DNA of 64,000 bases from Thermodesulfobacteriota bacterium (GTDB taxonomy: Bacteria; Desulfobacterota; Binatia; UTPRO1). The DNA lies in assembly GCA_036781285.1 (NCBI GenBank), contig DAIQBH010000004.1, forward strand, positions 5,921 to 69,920, written 5' to 3'. Shown one piece after another: positions 9,475 to 20,952 of the stretch (position 1 is its first letter; each line of letters begins with the position of its first letter). A model generated the notes under the pieces. It saw only the letters and a list, made by a program, of their open reading frames with translations, did no database searches and was not told where the DNA came from. The position numbers were made by a program, and so were the translations under genes.

Positions 9475-9885
9475 ATGAGCCCGCCGCTCTCGAGTGTCGC
9501 GGTTGCCGCACGACGGATGCCCGAAATCATCTGGGGGCATTCGCTCCAGGCGCCGGGCCGTCATGCGCCCGAGCGCAAAGCGCCCGAGAAGGCCGCCGAT
9601 GCGGAAGCCCGGAAGGTAGAGCGCCGCCTGCTCGCCGCGATCGGGCTCGGGCTCCTCGTGGTCGTCGCCATGGCCCTCCTTCTCGTGTGGGTGCGGCTCC
9701 AGACCGTCGACACGGGCTACGCGCTCTCGGCGGCGCGGCGTCTCACTCATCGCCTGGAACAGGAGCAGCGTGAGCTCGAGATGGAGATCGCGACGCTGAC
9801 GTCGCCGCTCCGCCTCGAGCAAGTCGCGCGGGAGCGTCTCGGCATGGGTCCGCCCGCGCCCGGGCAGATCGTGAACGTGCCGTGA
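9475..9885 (+). CDS. ftsL: Cell division protein FtsL-like
   Basis: A single TM segment is followed by a coiled-coil leucine-zipper-like region, and the gene sits between rsmH and ftsI. Confidence 0.65.
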   Translation: MSPPLSSVAVAARRMPEIIWGHSLQAPGRHAPERKAPEKAADAEARKVERRLLAAIGLGLLVVVAMALLLVWVRLQTVDTGYALSAARRLTHRLEQEQRELEMEIATLTSPLRLEQVARERLGMGPPAPGQIVNVP

Positions 9886-11804
9886 GAGCCCGCATCCTCG
9901 CCGTCGGCGGCGGCATCGTGGTGCTGCTCGCGATGGTCGCGGTACGCATCGTCCAGTTCACGCTCACCGACAGTCCGGATCTCGCCCAGCGCGCGCACCG
10001 GCAACATCACGAGCAGATCCACATCGCAGCCCATCGCGGCGCGATCCTCGACCGCCACGGCGAGACGCTGGCGTCGAGCATCGAGCGGCCCTCGCTCTAC
10101 GTCCGGCCGCGGCGCCTGACCGCCGCCGATCGCAGCCGCGCGCAAGAAGCGCTGAGCGCGGCCCTCGAACTGCCCCCGCGCGCCGTCGCGGCCAAGCTCG
10201 ACAGCACCTCCAATTTCGTCTGGCTGAAACGCGCCGTGTCACCGCGCGAGCAAGCGACCGCGCACGCGCTCGGGATCGGCGGCATCGGCGAGGTCATCGA
10301 GGCGCGCCGCTTCTACCCCCACGGTACGGCCGCCGCCCAGGTGCTCGGCTTCGCCGGCGTCGATCTCCGCGGTATCGAAGGCATCGAGCGCTTCTACGAG
10401 CAGGACCTCCGCGCGCTCACCCGCACCCTCGAGATCGAGCGCGACGCGCTCGGTCGCGAGATCCTGATCGACGGCATGGACGACCCGCGCGAGCTCGACG
10501 GCGCGACCGTCGAGCTCACGCTCGACGTCGCGCTCCAGTCGATCGCCGAGCGTGCCCTGGAGCAGGGCGTACGCGAAGCGCAGGCGGCGGCCGGCACGGC
10601 GATCGTCATGGACCCGTGGACCGGTGAGATCCTGGCGCTCGCGAACGCGCCGACCTTCGACCCGAACGATCGGGGCACGATCCCATCGTCGCATCGCCGG
10701 AACCGCGCCATCAACGACTTCTACGAGCCGGGCTCGACCTTCAAGGCGGTCCTCGCCGCCGCCGCGCTCGAGCACGGCGTCGTCCGTCCCGACGAGATGA
10801 TCTTCTGCGAGAACGGCGCGATGCCGGTCGGCAAGTGGGTCATCCACGACCACCACCGTCACGGCTGGTTGTCGATGGCCGAGAGCATCGCCGTCTCGAG
10901 CAACATCGCGGCGGCGAAGATGGGCGAGAAGCTCGGCCGGGAGCGCTTCCACCAGTTCCTGGTCGATCTGGGCTTCGGCAAGCCGACCGGCGTCGACCTG
11001 CCGGCCGAGGTCGGCGGCATGCTCCGGCCGCTGGCGAACTGGTCGCGCATCAACCTCGTGACGACGAGCTTCGGTCAGGGCATCGCGGTGACGCCCCTCC
11101 AGATGGCGCGCGCGTTCGCGGCGATCGCGAACGGAGGGCAGGTCGTGCAGCCGTACGTCGGCCTCCGCGCGACGAGCGCGTCCGGCGAACGGCTGTGGGA
11201 GCACCAGCCGACGATCGTCCGCCGCATCATGAAGCCCGAGACGGCGCGCATGGTGACCGCGATGCTGGAGCAGGTCACCGAGGAAGGCGGCACCGGTACG
11301 AGGGCGCAGATCGCCGGCGTGCGCGTCGCTGGCAAAACCGGCACGTCGCAGAAAATCGAGCCCGGGACCGGCCGCTACTCGCCGGACAAGCGCGTCGCCT
11401 CGTTCGTGGGGTTCCTCCCGGCGGACCAGCCGCGCCTCGTGATCATGGTGATGGTCGACGAGCCGAAGACGTCGAAGTACGGCGGCGTGGTCGCCGCGCC
11501 GATTTTTTCGGCGATCGGGCGGGCCGCGCTCGAACGTCTCGGCATCGTGCCTCCCGCGCCGGAGGATCTGCTGCTGGAGGCCTCGGCGGTCGTCGAACCA
11601 GTCGTGCCCGCGGTGCCGCTCGGGGTGCCGTCGTTCCTCGGGCTCAGCAAGCGCATGGCGGTCGAGCGCGCCCGCAATCTCGGCTGGATGGTGCAGGTGA
11701 CGGGTGAAGGATACGTCCAAAGTCAAACGCCCGCCCCTGGCGCAGCCGCAGCTCCCGGGAAAGAATTGGCGCTGAGTCTGGCCCCCTCGAGCGACGTCTT
11801 GTGA
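9882..11804 (+). CDS. ftsI: Peptidoglycan D,D-transpeptidase FtsI (PBP3-type) with a C-terminal PASTA-like domain
   Basis: The STFK active-site motif is present (YEPGSTFKAV), and the GTG start overlaps the ftsL stop. Confidence 0.9.
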   Translation: MRARILAVGGGIVVLLAMVAVRIVQFTLTDSPDLAQRAHRQHHEQIHIAAHRGAILDRHGETLASSIERPSLYVRPRRLTAADRSRAQEALSAALELPPRAVAAKLDSTSNFVWLKRAVSPREQATAHALGIGGIGEVIEARRFYPHGTAAAQVLGFAGVDLRGIEGIERFYEQDLRALTRTLEIERDALGREILIDGMDDPRELDGATVELTLDVALQSIAERALEQGVREAQAAAGTAIVMDPWTGEILALANAPTFDPNDRGTIPSSHRRNRAINDFYEPGSTFKAVLAAAALEHGVVRPDEMIFCENGAMPVGKWVIHDHHRHGWLSMAESIAVSSNIAAAKMGEKLGRERFHQFLVDLGFGKPTGVDLPAEVGGMLRPLANWSRINLVTTSFGQGIAVTPLQMARAFAAIANGGQVVQPYVGLRATSASGERLWEHQPTIVRRIMKPETARMVTAMLEQVTEEGGTGTRAQIAGVRVAGKTGTSQKIEPGTGRYSPDKRVASFVGFLPADQPRLVIMVMVDEPKTSKYGGVVAAPIFSAIGRAALERLGIVPPAPEDLLLEASAVVEPVVPAVPLGVPSFLGLSKRMAVERARNLGWMVQVTGEGYVQSQTPAPGAAAAPGKELALSLAPSSDVL

Positions 11805-11838
11805 ACGATACCTCCCTGGCGACACCCGCGGTCGCACC

Positions 11839-13377
11839 ATGCTGAAGCTCGGCGAGCTCCTCGCGGGAGTCGATGGCGTCCCGTTCGAAGTCGAAGGCGA
11901 CGCCGAGGTCGCCGTCGCGCGCATCTCGGCCGACTCGCGTGACGTGCGGCGGGGCGATCTCTTCGTGGCGCTGCCCGGGACCCGCACGGACGGGACCAAA
12001 TTCGTCGCCGATGCGTGCCGGCAGGGTGCGGTCGCGGTCGCCGGCGCGCGGACCGTGAAGGTGCCGAAGGGCGTGCCGTTCGTGCGGACGTCCGAGCCCG
12101 GGCGTTTTTTGGCGCGTGCGGCGGCGCGGTTGCAGGGCGACCCGGGCGCCGGGCTCGTGATGGTCGGCGTCACCGGCACCAACGGCAAGACGACCGTCAC
12201 CTACCTGCTCGAGGCGATCTGGCAGGCCGCCGGTTTCCGCCCGGGCGTGCTCGGCACGATCAACTATCGCTTCGACGGGGTCGTCGAGCCGGCGCCGCTC
12301 ACGACGCCACCCGCGACGGAAGTCTTCGCGCGGCTCGCCGCGATGCGCGCCGCTGGTGCCACGCACGTTGCGATGGAGGCGTCGTCGCACGCGCTCGCGC
12401 AGGACCGCGTCGACGGCATGCCGTGGGACGCGGCGATCTTTACGAACCTCGGCCGCGACCACATGGACTTCCATCGCGACGAGGACGACTACCGGGACGC
12501 CAAAGCGCGGCTCTTTGCGGCGCTCGACGCGAGTCCGAAGCCGCGGCGCGTGGCCGTGCTGAACGCAGCCGACGCCCGCGTCGCGGGCCTCCGCGATCGC
12601 ATCACCAGCCCCATCGTCACGTTCGGGACGGGCGGTGACGTCCGCGCCGAAGACGCGACCATGACCCTCACGGGGACTACCGCGACGGTCGTGACCCCGA
12701 CCGAACGGGCGCCCCTCCGCTCGCGGCTCGTCGGTGCGGGGCATCTCGAGAACGTACTCGCCGCGACGGCGGCCGCGACGGCGCTCGGCGTGCCGCTCGC
12801 CGTCGTGGCGCGGGCGATCGCCGACTTTCCCGGCGTCCCGGGACGGCTCGAAGCGGTCGATGCGGGGCAGGACTTCGCCGTCCTCGTCGACTACGCCCAC
12901 ACGCCCGACGCGCTCGACGGCGTGCTCGGCTCGCTCCGCTCGCTCGCGACCGCGCGCCTGATCTGCGTCTTCGGCTGCGGCGGCGATCGCGACCGCGGCA
13001 AGCGGCCCCTCATGGCGGAAGCGGTCGCCCGCCACGTCGATCTCGCGATTCTCACGTCCGACAATCCGCGCACCGAGGATCCCACGCGCATTCTCGACGA
13101 CGCGGAGCGGGGGTTCGAGAGGGCGGGGCTCGTCCTGCTGCCGAACCTCGCGAGCGCGAAGCGCGGGTATCTCGTGCAATCCGATCGCGCCCAGGCGATC
13201 GCGAGCGCGCTTACGACCGCGCGCGCGGGTGACTGCGTCGTGATCGCGGGGAAGGGCCACGAGGATTACCAGATCATCGGGACCGAGAAGCGCCCGTTCG
13301 ACGATCGCGCGACCGCGCGGCGGGTGCTCGCCGGACGCGGCGTCCGCTCGCGAGCAGCGTCCGAGGCGCGCTCGTGA
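11839..13377 (+). CDS. murE: UDP-MurNAc-L-Ala-D-Glu:meso-DAP ligase
   Basis: A Mur ligase P-loop (GVTGTNGKTT) and dcw synteny. Confidence 0.9.
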   Translation: MLKLGELLAGVDGVPFEVEGDAEVAVARISADSRDVRRGDLFVALPGTRTDGTKFVADACRQGAVAVAGARTVKVPKGVPFVRTSEPGRFLARAAARLQGDPGAGLVMVGVTGTNGKTTVTYLLEAIWQAAGFRPGVLGTINYRFDGVVEPAPLTTPPATEVFARLAAMRAAGATHVAMEASSHALAQDRVDGMPWDAAIFTNLGRDHMDFHRDEDDYRDAKARLFAALDASPKPRRVAVLNAADARVAGLRDRITSPIVTFGTGGDVRAEDATMTLTGTTATVVTPTERAPLRSRLVGAGHLENVLAATAAATALGVPLAVVARAIADFPGVPGRLEAVDAGQDFAVLVDYAHTPDALDGVLGSLRSLATARLICVFGCGGDRDRGKRPLMAEAVARHVDLAILTSDNPRTEDPTRILDDAERGFERAGLVLLPNLASAKRGYLVQSDRAQAIASALTTARAGDCVVIAGKGHEDYQIIGTEKRPFDDRATARRVLAGRGVRSRAASEARS

Positions 13378-14792
13378 TGGCCGCGGAGGCGGTTCGCCCC
13401 GATCGCACCCCGCGCCCGTGGACGCTCGACGACGCCGAGCGCGCCAGCGCCGCGACGATCGTCCGGCGCGGCCGGGCGACGGCGTTCGCCCGCGTCACGA
13501 CCGACACGCGGGCGATCACCGGCGGTGAGCTCTTCGTGGCCCTCGCCGGTGAACGCCACGACGCGCACGACTTCGCGGCGGCGGCCGTCACGGCCGGTGC
13601 CACGGGCCTCGTGGTCGCCCGCGACGTGACGCTTCCGGACGACGCCGACGTCACCGTGCTGCGCGTGGCCGATACGTTGACCGCGCTCCAGTCGCTCGCC
13701 GCCGATCTCCGCCAGCGCGTGGCGCCGACCGTGTTGGCGCTCACGGGCTCGAACGGGAAGACGACGACCAAGGAAATGCTCGCCGCGATCCTCGTCGCCG
13801 CCGCGGGGTCGGACGCGGTCCTGAAGACGCAGGGCAACCTGAACAACCTGATCGGCGTGCCGCTGACCCTCCTCGGTCTCTCCGGGAGCGAGCGCTACGC
13901 CGTGATCGAGATGGGGATGAACGCCCCTGGCGAGATCCGCCGGCTGACGGCCATCGCCGATCCGGACGTCGGGATCATCACGAACGTCGGTCCAGCGCAC
14001 CTCGAGGGTCTCGGGTCCGTCGAAGGCGTGGCGCGCGCGAAGGGCGAGCTCTTCGCGACGATGCGGCCGACCGCGACCGCGATCGTGAACGTGGAGGATC
14101 CGCACGTGGCCGGGCTCGGCGCCGCCTTCGCCGGTCGCGTCGTGCGGTTCGGCGCCGGCACCGACGTCGCGGCGGACGGCATCCGCTGCGATGCGCGCGG
14201 GGCGGCGGCGTTCACGCTGCACCTCGGCGGCGACGCGATCGACGTGCAACTCCAGATTCCCGGTCGCCACAACGTCATGAACGCCCTCGCCGCCGCCGCG
14301 GCGGCGACCGCCGTCGGCGTCCCGCCGAAGGCCGTGCGCGCCGGCCTGCACGCGGCGACGTCCGTCGGCGGCCGCATGCGGGTCGTGCCGCTCGCGAGCG
14401 GCGTCACGATCGTCGACGACAGCTACAACGCCAACCCGGCGTCGGTCGCGGCCGCGCTCCGGAGCCTCGCGGACGCGCCCGCGACGCGGCGGATCGCGGT
14501 CCTCGGCGACATGCTCGAGCTCGGAGCCGCGAGCGTGGAGCAGCACCGGCAGGTCGGGATGCTCGCCGGCACGGTCGGCCTCACCGCGCTCTATCTCCAC
14601 GGCGACTTCGCCGCGGACACCGCGCGCGGCGCCGCGACCACCATGGCCGCGGACGCGATTCACGTCGCGTCCGACCACGCGACGATCGCCCGTGCGCTTT
14701 CCGCCGACACGCGGCGCGGCGACTGGATCCTCGTCAAAGGATCGCGCGGCCAACGCATGGAGGAGGTCGTGCGCCTCCTCGGGGCGCCCTGA
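13374..14792 (+). CDS. murF: UDP-MurNAc-tripeptide:D-Ala-D-Ala ligase
   Basis: [10 protein letters not shown] motif, and the start overlaps the murE stop. Confidence 0.9.
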   Translation: MMAAEAVRPDRTPRPWTLDDAERASAATIVRRGRATAFARVTTDTRAITGGELFVALAGERHDAHDFAAAAVTAGATGLVVARDVTLPDDADVTVLRVADTLTALQSLAADLRQRVAPTVLALTGSNGKTTTKEMLAAILVAAAGSDAVLKTQGNLNNLIGVPLTLLGLSGSERYAVIEMGMNAPGEIRRLTAIADPDVGIITNVGPAHLEGLGSVEGVARAKGELFATMRPTATAIVNVEDPHVAGLGAAFAGRVVRFGAGTDVAADGIRCDARGAAAFTLHLGGDAIDVQLQIPGRHNVMNALAAAAAATAVGVPPKAVRAGLHAATSVGGRMRVVPLASGVTIVDDSYNANPASVAAALRSLADAPATRRIAVLGDMLELGAASVEQHRQVGMLAGTVGLTALYLHGDFAADTARGAATTMAADAIHVASDHATIARALSADTRRGDWILVKGSRGQRMEEVVRLLGAP

Positions 14793-14796
14793 CCCG

Positions 14797-15876
14797 ATGC
14801 TCTATTCGATCCTCTACTCGCTCCATTCGACCTACAGCATCTTCAACGTCTTCCGGTACATCAGCTTCCGGACGCTGCTCGCGGCGCTCATGGCGCTCAC
14901 GATCTCGTTCGTGCTCGGACCGGTCCTGATCCGCCGCCTCACCAAGAATCGCATCGGCCAGCCGATCCGGAGCGACGGCCCGGCGCGCCATCAGGTGAAG
15001 GCCGGCACGCCGACCATGGGCGGGACGCTGATCCTCTTCTCGTTGCTGCTCTCGACGCTGCTGCTTGCCGACCTCACGAACCCATACGTCTGGCTCGTGC
15101 TCTTCGTGACCGTCGGCTTCGGGCTCGTCGGCTTCGTGGACGATTTCCGGAAGTATCGGCGCGGCAACTCCGCGGGACTACGGGCGCGGCAGAAGTTCGT
15201 CGCCCAGTGCGTGATCGCGGCCGTGGCGGGCTTCCTTCTCCTCCAGGTACCCGGGTTCTCCCCGAGCATCGTGATGCCGTTCTTCAAGGAGGTGCAGTTC
15301 AACCTCGGCTGGCTCTACCTGCCGTTCGCGATGCTCGTCCTCGTCGGCGCGTCGAACGCCGTGAACCTCACCGACGGGCTCGACGGTCTCGCGATCGGGC
15401 CGGTGATGATCGCCGCTGGCACGTACATGATCTTCGCGTACGTCGCCGGGAACGTGAAGCTCGCCGAGTACCTCCAGATCTCGTACGTGCCGGGCGCCGG
15501 CGAGCTCTGCATCTTCTGTGGCGCGCTCGCCGCCGCGGGGCTCGGGTTCCTCTGGTTCAACGCGTACCCGGCGCAGATGTTCATGGGCGACGTCGGCTCG
15601 CTGCCGCTCGGCGCCGCGATCGCCATGGTGGCGCTCGTGACGAAGCACGAGATCGTGCTCGTCCTGGTCGGCCTGATCTTCGTGGTCGAGGCGCTCTCGG
15701 TGATCGCGCAGGTGACGTACTTCCGCTGCACCGGGGGAAAGCGGATCTTCCTGATGGCGCCGATCCATCACCACTACGAGCTCAAGGGCTGGCCGGAGCC
15801 GCAGATCATCGTCCGGTTCTGGATCATCTCCATCATCTGCGCGTTGATGGCGCTCAGCACGTTGAAGCTCCGGTGA
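14797..15876 (+). CDS. mraY: Phospho-N-acetylmuramoyl-pentapeptide transferase
   Basis: [26 protein letters not shown]... is a typical MraY N-terminus. The track ORF is extended upstream into murF. Confidence 0.9.
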   Translation: MLYSILYSLHSTYSIFNVFRYISFRTLLAALMALTISFVLGPVLIRRLTKNRIGQPIRSDGPARHQVKAGTPTMGGTLILFSLLLSTLLLADLTNPYVWLVLFVTVGFGLVGFVDDFRKYRRGNSAGLRARQKFVAQCVIAAVAGFLLLQVPGFSPSIVMPFFKEVQFNLGWLYLPFAMLVLVGASNAVNLTDGLDGLAIGPVMIAAGTYMIFAYVAGNVKLAEYLQISYVPGAGELCIFCGALAAAGLGFLWFNAYPAQMFMGDVGSLPLGAAIAMVALVTKHEIVLVLVGLIFVVEALSVIAQVTYFRCTGGKRIFLMAPIHHHYELKGWPEPQIIVRFWIISIICALMALSTLKLR

Positions 15877-17225
15877 CGGCGCCGCCCGCCATTCCCGACG
15901 TCACCCGCGACTTGCCGGTGCTCGTCATCGGCCTCGCACGGACCGGCGTCGCGACCGCGCGGTTCCTGGCGGAGCGTGGGGCGCGCGTCCGCGCGGTCGA
16001 CCGGCGGCCGGCGGCGGACCTCGGCGACGACGTCGCCGGGCTCGCGGATGTCGCCGACGTGCGGCTCGGCGCCGACGACCCGGCGGCCCTCGACGGCGTC
16101 GCGCTCGTCGTCCCGAGCCCGGGTGTGCCGCCCGACGGCGCGCTCCTCGCGGGGGCGATCGCGCGCGGCATTCCGATCGCCAGCGAGATCGAGATCGCGG
16201 CCCGGCACCTCGACGTGCCGATCCTCGCCGTCACGGGCACCAACGGGAAGAGCACGACCACCACGCTCCTCGGCGAGATGCTGCGCGCGGCGGGACATCG
16301 TACCTTCGTCGGCGGCAATCTCGGCACGCCGCTCGTGACCGCGGTCGGCGCCGGGGACGAGATCGAGGTCGTGGAGGTCTCGAGCTTCCAGCTCGAATGG
16401 GTGGATCGTTTCCGGCCGCGGGTCGGCATCTTCCTGAATCTCACGGACGACCACCTCGACCGCTATCCCGACCTCGACGCGTACGGCCGCGCGAAGCTCC
16501 GTTTGTTCGCGCGGCAAGGCGCGGACGACACGGCGGTGCTGAACGGCAGCGACCCCTGGCTGCGAACGCACGCCGCCGGTCTCGCGGCGCGGACACTCTG
16601 GTTCGGTGGCGGAGAGGGGGTCGCGGTTCGAGCCGACGAGGCCGCGATCAGGCTCCGTATGCAGGGGGCGGAAGAACTGTATCCGCTCGCCCGTGTCGCG
16701 CTCGCGGGAGCGCACAACCGCGAGAACATGATGGCGGCGATCGCGGCCGCGCGCGCCTTCGGCGTGCCGGCGGCGCGCGTGCAGGAAGCGCTCGAGCGCT
16801 TTCGCGGGCTCGCGCACCGTCTCGAGCTCGTGCGGGAGCGCGCTGGGATCCGCTGGGTCGACGATTCGAAGGGCACCAATGCCGGCGCCGTCATCAAATC
16901 GCTCGAGAGCTTTCCGGGAAACGTCATCCTGCTCGCCGGCGGCATCGAGAAGGGCGGGGACTACGGCGTGCTGCGCGATCCCGTACGGCGGCGGGTGAAG
17001 CGGGCGATTCTCTTCGGGGCGTCCCGCGAGATGCTCGCGAGCACGCTCGCCGACACGACGACCGTCGAGGTCGTCGACACGCTGGCCGCCGCCGTCGCGC
17101 ATGCCGACAGCCATGCCGTCGCCGGCGACGTCGTGCTGCTCTCGCCGGCCTGCGCGAGCTTCGACCAGTTCCGCGACTACGCCGATCGCGGCCGGCAATT
17201 CCGAGCACTCGTGGAGGCCCTGTGA
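15873..17225 (+). CDS. murD: UDP-MurNAc-L-Ala:D-Glu ligase
   Basis: [14 protein letters not shown] Rossmann fold and GTNGKSTTT motif. The GTG start sits in a GTGA overlap with the mraY stop. Confidence 0.85.
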   Translation: MTAPPAIPDVTRDLPVLVIGLARTGVATARFLAERGARVRAVDRRPAADLGDDVAGLADVADVRLGADDPAALDGVALVVPSPGVPPDGALLAGAIARGIPIASEIEIAARHLDVPILAVTGTNGKSTTTTLLGEMLRAAGHRTFVGGNLGTPLVTAVGAGDEIEVVEVSSFQLEWVDRFRPRVGIFLNLTDDHLDRYPDLDAYGRAKLRLFARQGADDTAVLNGSDPWLRTHAAGLAARTLWFGGGEGVAVRADEAAIRLRMQGAEELYPLARVALAGAHNRENMMAAIAAARAFGVPAARVQEALERFRGLAHRLELVRERAGIRWVDDSKGTNAGAVIKSLESFPGNVILLAGGIEKGGDYGVLRDPVRRRVKRAILFGASREMLASTLADTTTVEVVDTLAAAVAHADSHAVAGDVVLLSPACASFDQFRDYADRGRQFRALVEAL

Positions 17226-18391
17226 CGACCGCCCGCGCTGCGACCGTCGGTGCTCCCATTCTCACTCGCCGCGTGAAGCCGTTGGCGAAGGCGCAGCCCG
17301 TCGTTGCCCGTGGCGGGGACCCGTGGATCATCGCCGCCGTGGCGATGCTCGTGACCGTCAGCATCGTGATGGTGTTCAACACCAGCTACTTCTTCGCGGG
17401 GGAGCGATTCGGCGATCCGATGCACGTCTTCCGGAAGCACCTCCTGTCGATCGGGCTCGGCGTGGCGATCGCGTTCGCGGCCTCGCGTCTCCGCTCCAGC
17501 ACCTACGAACGGCTCGCCTATCCGGCGCTGGCGGTCGTCGTGATCCTGCTGATCGCCGTCTTGATCCCGGGCGTCGGGCTCGTGCGCGGGGGCGCGCGCC
17601 GCTGGATCGGGTTCGGCTTCATGAACCTCCAACCGTCCGAGATGGCCAAGGTGGTCGCCGTGCTCTACCTGGCCCACTCGATCGTGCGGAAAGGGTCGCG
17701 GCTCGACACCTTCTCGCTCGGCGTGCTGCCGCACGTGATCGTCATCGGCGTGCTCGCGGCGCTGGTCGTCGTCGAGCCGGATTTCGGAACCGCCGCGCTC
17801 CTCGGGGTGACGCTCTTCGCAATGCTGTTCGCAGGCGGCGTGCGCTGGTGGCACCTCGTGCTGCCGGTGCTGCCGATCGTGCCGCTCGCGATCTACGCGA
17901 TCAGCTCGAGCCCGTATCGCCTGCGCCGCGTGATGGTCTTCCTCGATCCGTGGGAGCACCCCCGTGACGCCGGCTTCCAGCTGGTGCAGTCGTTCCTGGC
18001 GTTCGGCTCGGGCGGCCTGTTCGGCGCCGGCCTTGGCGAGAGCAAGCAGAAGATGTTCTACCTGCCGGAGGCCCACACCGATTTCATCTTCTCCGTGATC
18101 GGCGAGGAGCTCGGGCTCGTCGGCGCGCTCGTGATCGTCGGACTGTTCGCGCTGCTCGCCATGCGCGGGTTGCGCGTCGCCCTGCGCCATCCGACGACCT
18201 TCGGCCAGCTGGTCGCGTTCGGCGTGACGACGACCTTGGTGCTCCAAGCCGGGATCAACATGGCGGTCGTACTCGGCCTCCTTCCGACGAAAGGCCTGGC
18301 GCTGCCGTTCGTGAGCTATGGCGGATCGGCGATGATCGGGGCGATGGCGGCGGTCGGGGTCTTGCTCGCGCTCTCGCGCGAAGCCCGCTGA
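17222..18391 (+). CDS. ftsW: SEDS-family peptidoglycan glycosyltransferase FtsW
   Basis: A polytopic membrane protein with FtsW/RodA motifs. The GTG start overlaps the murD stop. Confidence 0.85.
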   Translation: MTTARAATVGAPILTRRVKPLAKAQPVVARGGDPWIIAAVAMLVTVSIVMVFNTSYFFAGERFGDPMHVFRKHLLSIGLGVAIAFAASRLRSSTYERLAYPALAVVVILLIAVLIPGVGLVRGGARRWIGFGFMNLQPSEMAKVVAVLYLAHSIVRKGSRLDTFSLGVLPHVIVIGVLAALVVVEPDFGTAALLGVTLFAMLFAGGVRWWHLVLPVLPIVPLAIYAISSSPYRLRRVMVFLDPWEHPRDAGFQLVQSFLAFGSGGLFGAGLGESKQKMFYLPEAHTDFIFSVIGEELGLVGALVIVGLFALLAMRGLRVALRHPTTFGQLVAFGVTTTLVLQAGINMAVVLGLLPTKGLALPFVSYGGSAMIGAMAAVGVLLALSREAR

Positions 18392-18401
18392 GGCACGGCC
18401 G

Positions 18402-19484
18402 ATGAAGCTCCGGATGATGATCGCGGGCGGCGGCACGGGCGGCCATCTCTTTCCGGGGATCGCCGTCGCGGACGCGGCGCGCCGGCGCGACTCGGGGACG
18501 GCCATCCTCTTCGTCGGGAGCGCTCGCGGCATCGAGGCGCGCGTCGTGCCCGGGAGCGGCTTCGAGCTCGAGCTCTTGCCCGGGGCGCCGCTCCGCGGGC
18601 GCGGTATCGCCGGCAAGGTCGGCGCGCTCGGGACGCTCGGCGCCGGGATCATGCGGGCCCGCGCCGTCGTCCGGCGCTTCCGGCCCGACGTCGTCGTCGG
18701 CCTCGGAGGATACGCGTCCGCGCCCGCGGTCGTCGCGGGCCGGCTCGCGGGCGTGCCGATCGTGCTGCTCGAGCAGAACGCCAAGCCTGGCATGACCACC
18801 CGGCTCCTCGGGCGATTCGCCGATCGGGTGTGCGTGAGCTTCCCCGACACGGTGACCGGTTTCGCGCCGGGTCGGGCCGTCGTGACGGGCAATCCCGTAC
18901 GCACCTTCCCGACGCGCGCCGCGGCGAGCGCGGAGTCGAAGGCGGGCGTCACGATCGCGATCGTGGGCGGCAGCGCCGGGGCGCACCGTCTGAACGACGC
19001 GGGCCCGGCGCTCCATGCGGCGCTCGCCGACGTGCCGAATCTTCGGATCATCCATCAGACCGGCCTCGCGGAGGAGGCCGCCGTCCGGAGCGCGTACGCC
19101 GGGGCCCCGAACGTCGACGTCCGCGCCTTCATCACGGACATGGGCGAGGTGTACGCGACCGCCGATCTGATCGTCTGCCGGGCGGGCGCCACCACGATCG
19201 CGGAGCTCGCGGCGCAGGGGCTGCCCGCGATCTTCGTGCCGTATCCCCACGCGGCCGACGATCACCAGCGCGCGAACGCCGAAGCGCTGGTCCGCGGCGG
19301 CGCGGCGCGCGTCGTTCTGGATCACCAGGCGACCGGAGGGAAGCTCGCCGAGGAGATCCGCGATCTCCTCGCGAGGCCCGATCAGCTCGTCGAGATGCGC
19401 AAGTGCATGCGGCAGTTCGCGCGTCCCGACGCCGCGGAGCGCGTGCTCGCAGTGATCGACGAGCTCGTCCAGGGGCGGCGATGA
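18402..19484 (+). CDS. murG: Lipid II synthase MurG
   Basis: MIAGGGTGGHLFPGIAVA is the G-loop. Confidence 0.9.
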   Translation: MKLRMMIAGGGTGGHLFPGIAVADAARRRDSGTAILFVGSARGIEARVVPGSGFELELLPGAPLRGRGIAGKVGALGTLGAGIMRARAVVRRFRPDVVVGLGGYASAPAVVAGRLAGVPIVLLEQNAKPGMTTRLLGRFADRVCVSFPDTVTGFAPGRAVVTGNPVRTFPTRAAASAESKAGVTIAIVGGSAGAHRLNDAGPALHAALADVPNLRIIHQTGLAEEAAVRSAYAGAPNVDVRAFITDMGEVYATADLIVCRAGATTIAELAAQGLPAIFVPYPHAADDHQRANAEALVRGGAARVVLDHQATGGKLAEEIRDLLARPDQLVEMRKCMRQFARPDAAERVLAVIDELVQGRR

Positions 19485-19536
19485 GGACGATTCCGGTCGA
19501 CCTCGGCGCCCGCACGGCATAGAGGAGAGTGCACGC

Positions 19537-20937
19537 ATGGAGCTGACCAAGCGCAAGCATCGCGTCCATTTCGTCGGGATCGGCGGGATCGGCATGAGCG
19601 GGATCGCCGAGGTCCTGTTGAATCTCGGCTTCCCCGTGAGCGGCTCCGATTTGAGCGCGAGCGACACGACCGAGCGTCTCGCGCGGCTCGGCGCGACGAT
19701 CGCGCTCGGTCACCACGCGGATCGCGTCGCGCCCGACGTCGAGGTGGTCGTGATCTCGTCGGCGGTGAAGTTCTCGAATCCCGAGGTCGTGCGCGCGCGC
19801 GAGCTGGCGATCCCGGTGATCCCGCGCGCCGAGATGCTTGCCGAGCTCATGCGCATGAAGACCGGCATCGCGGTCGCCGGGACGCACGGGAAGACGACGA
19901 CGACGTCGCTGCTTTCGCACGTGCTCGCCGAAGCCGAGCTCGATCCCACGATGGTGATCGGCGGCAAGGTGAAGGGACTCGGCTCGAACGCGCGGCTCGG
20001 ACAGAGCACGTTGCTCGTCGCCGAGGCCGACGAGAGCGACGGCAGCTTCCTCGTGCTGACGCCGACGATCGCCGTCGTCACGAACATAGATCCCGAGCAC
20101 CTCGACCACTATGGCAGCGTCGAGCGCATGCACGAGGCGTATCTCCAGTTCATCAACCGCGTGCCGTTCTACGGGCTCGCCGTCCTCTGTCTCGACAGCG
20201 TCGCCGTCCGCGCGCTGTTGCCGAGCGTCCGCAAGCGCCATCGCACCTACGGCTTCGGCAGCGACGCCGACCTGCAAGCGGTACACGTGCAAGTGAGCGC
20301 CGACGGGACGCGCTTCGACGTGCTCGATCGCGGGCGGTGGATCGGCGAGCTTCGGCTTCGCATGTTCGGCCGCCACAATGCGCTGAATGCGCTCGCCGTG
20401 ACGGCGGCCGCGTGCGAGCTCGGCGTCCCGTTCGCGACCATCGCGCGCGCGCTCGGCTCGTTCGAGGGCATCCATCGCCGCTTCGAGATCAAGGGCGAGG
20501 TCGGCGGCGTCACGGTCGTCGACGATTACGGCCATCATCCCGAAGAGGTGAAGGCGACGCTCCGGGCCGCGCGCGAGGGATTCGGCCGGCGCCTCGTCGC
20601 GGTCTTCCAGCCGCACCGGTACACGCGGACGCGGGACCTCTTCGAGAGCTTCCTCGGCGCGTTCGACGACGCCGATTTGCTCGTGCTGACCGACATCTAC
20701 GCGGCGGGCGAGGATCGCATCGACGGGGTCACGGGCGAGGCGCTCTACGAGGCGCTCAAGCGGCGCGGGCACACGGACGTCCGCTTCGTCGCGGACCGGC
20801 GGGCGATCGCGGCGGAGATCGTGCCGCATCTCCGCGGTGGCGACATGGTCGTGACGCTCGGCGCAGGTGACGTGCATCGGGTCGGGGACGAGGTGTTGCA
20901 GGCACTGACCGAGGAACGGCCGGTCGCACTGCAATAA
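19537..20937 (+). CDS. murC: UDP-MurNAc:L-Ala ligase
   Basis: VHFVGIGGIGMSGIAEVL and VAGTHGKTTTTS motifs. Confidence 0.9.
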   Translation: MELTKRKHRVHFVGIGGIGMSGIAEVLLNLGFPVSGSDLSASDTTERLARLGATIALGHHADRVAPDVEVVVISSAVKFSNPEVVRARELAIPVIPRAEMLAELMRMKTGIAVAGTHGKTTTTSLLSHVLAEAELDPTMVIGGKVKGLGSNARLGQSTLLVAEADESDGSFLVLTPTIAVVTNIDPEHLDHYGSVERMHEAYLQFINRVPFYGLAVLCLDSVAVRALLPSVRKRHRTYGFGSDADLQAVHVQVSADGTRFDVLDRGRWIGELRLRMFGRHNALNALAVTAAACELGVPFATIARALGSFEGIHRRFEIKGEVGGVTVVDDYGHHPEEVKATLRAAREGFGRRLVAVFQPHRYTRTRDLFESFLGAFDDADLLVLTDIYAAGEDRIDGVTGEALYEALKRRGHTDVRFVADRRAIAAEIVPHLRGGDMVVTLGAGDVHRVGDEVLQALTEERPVALQ

Positions 20938-20952
20938 CCGAGAAGGAGGACC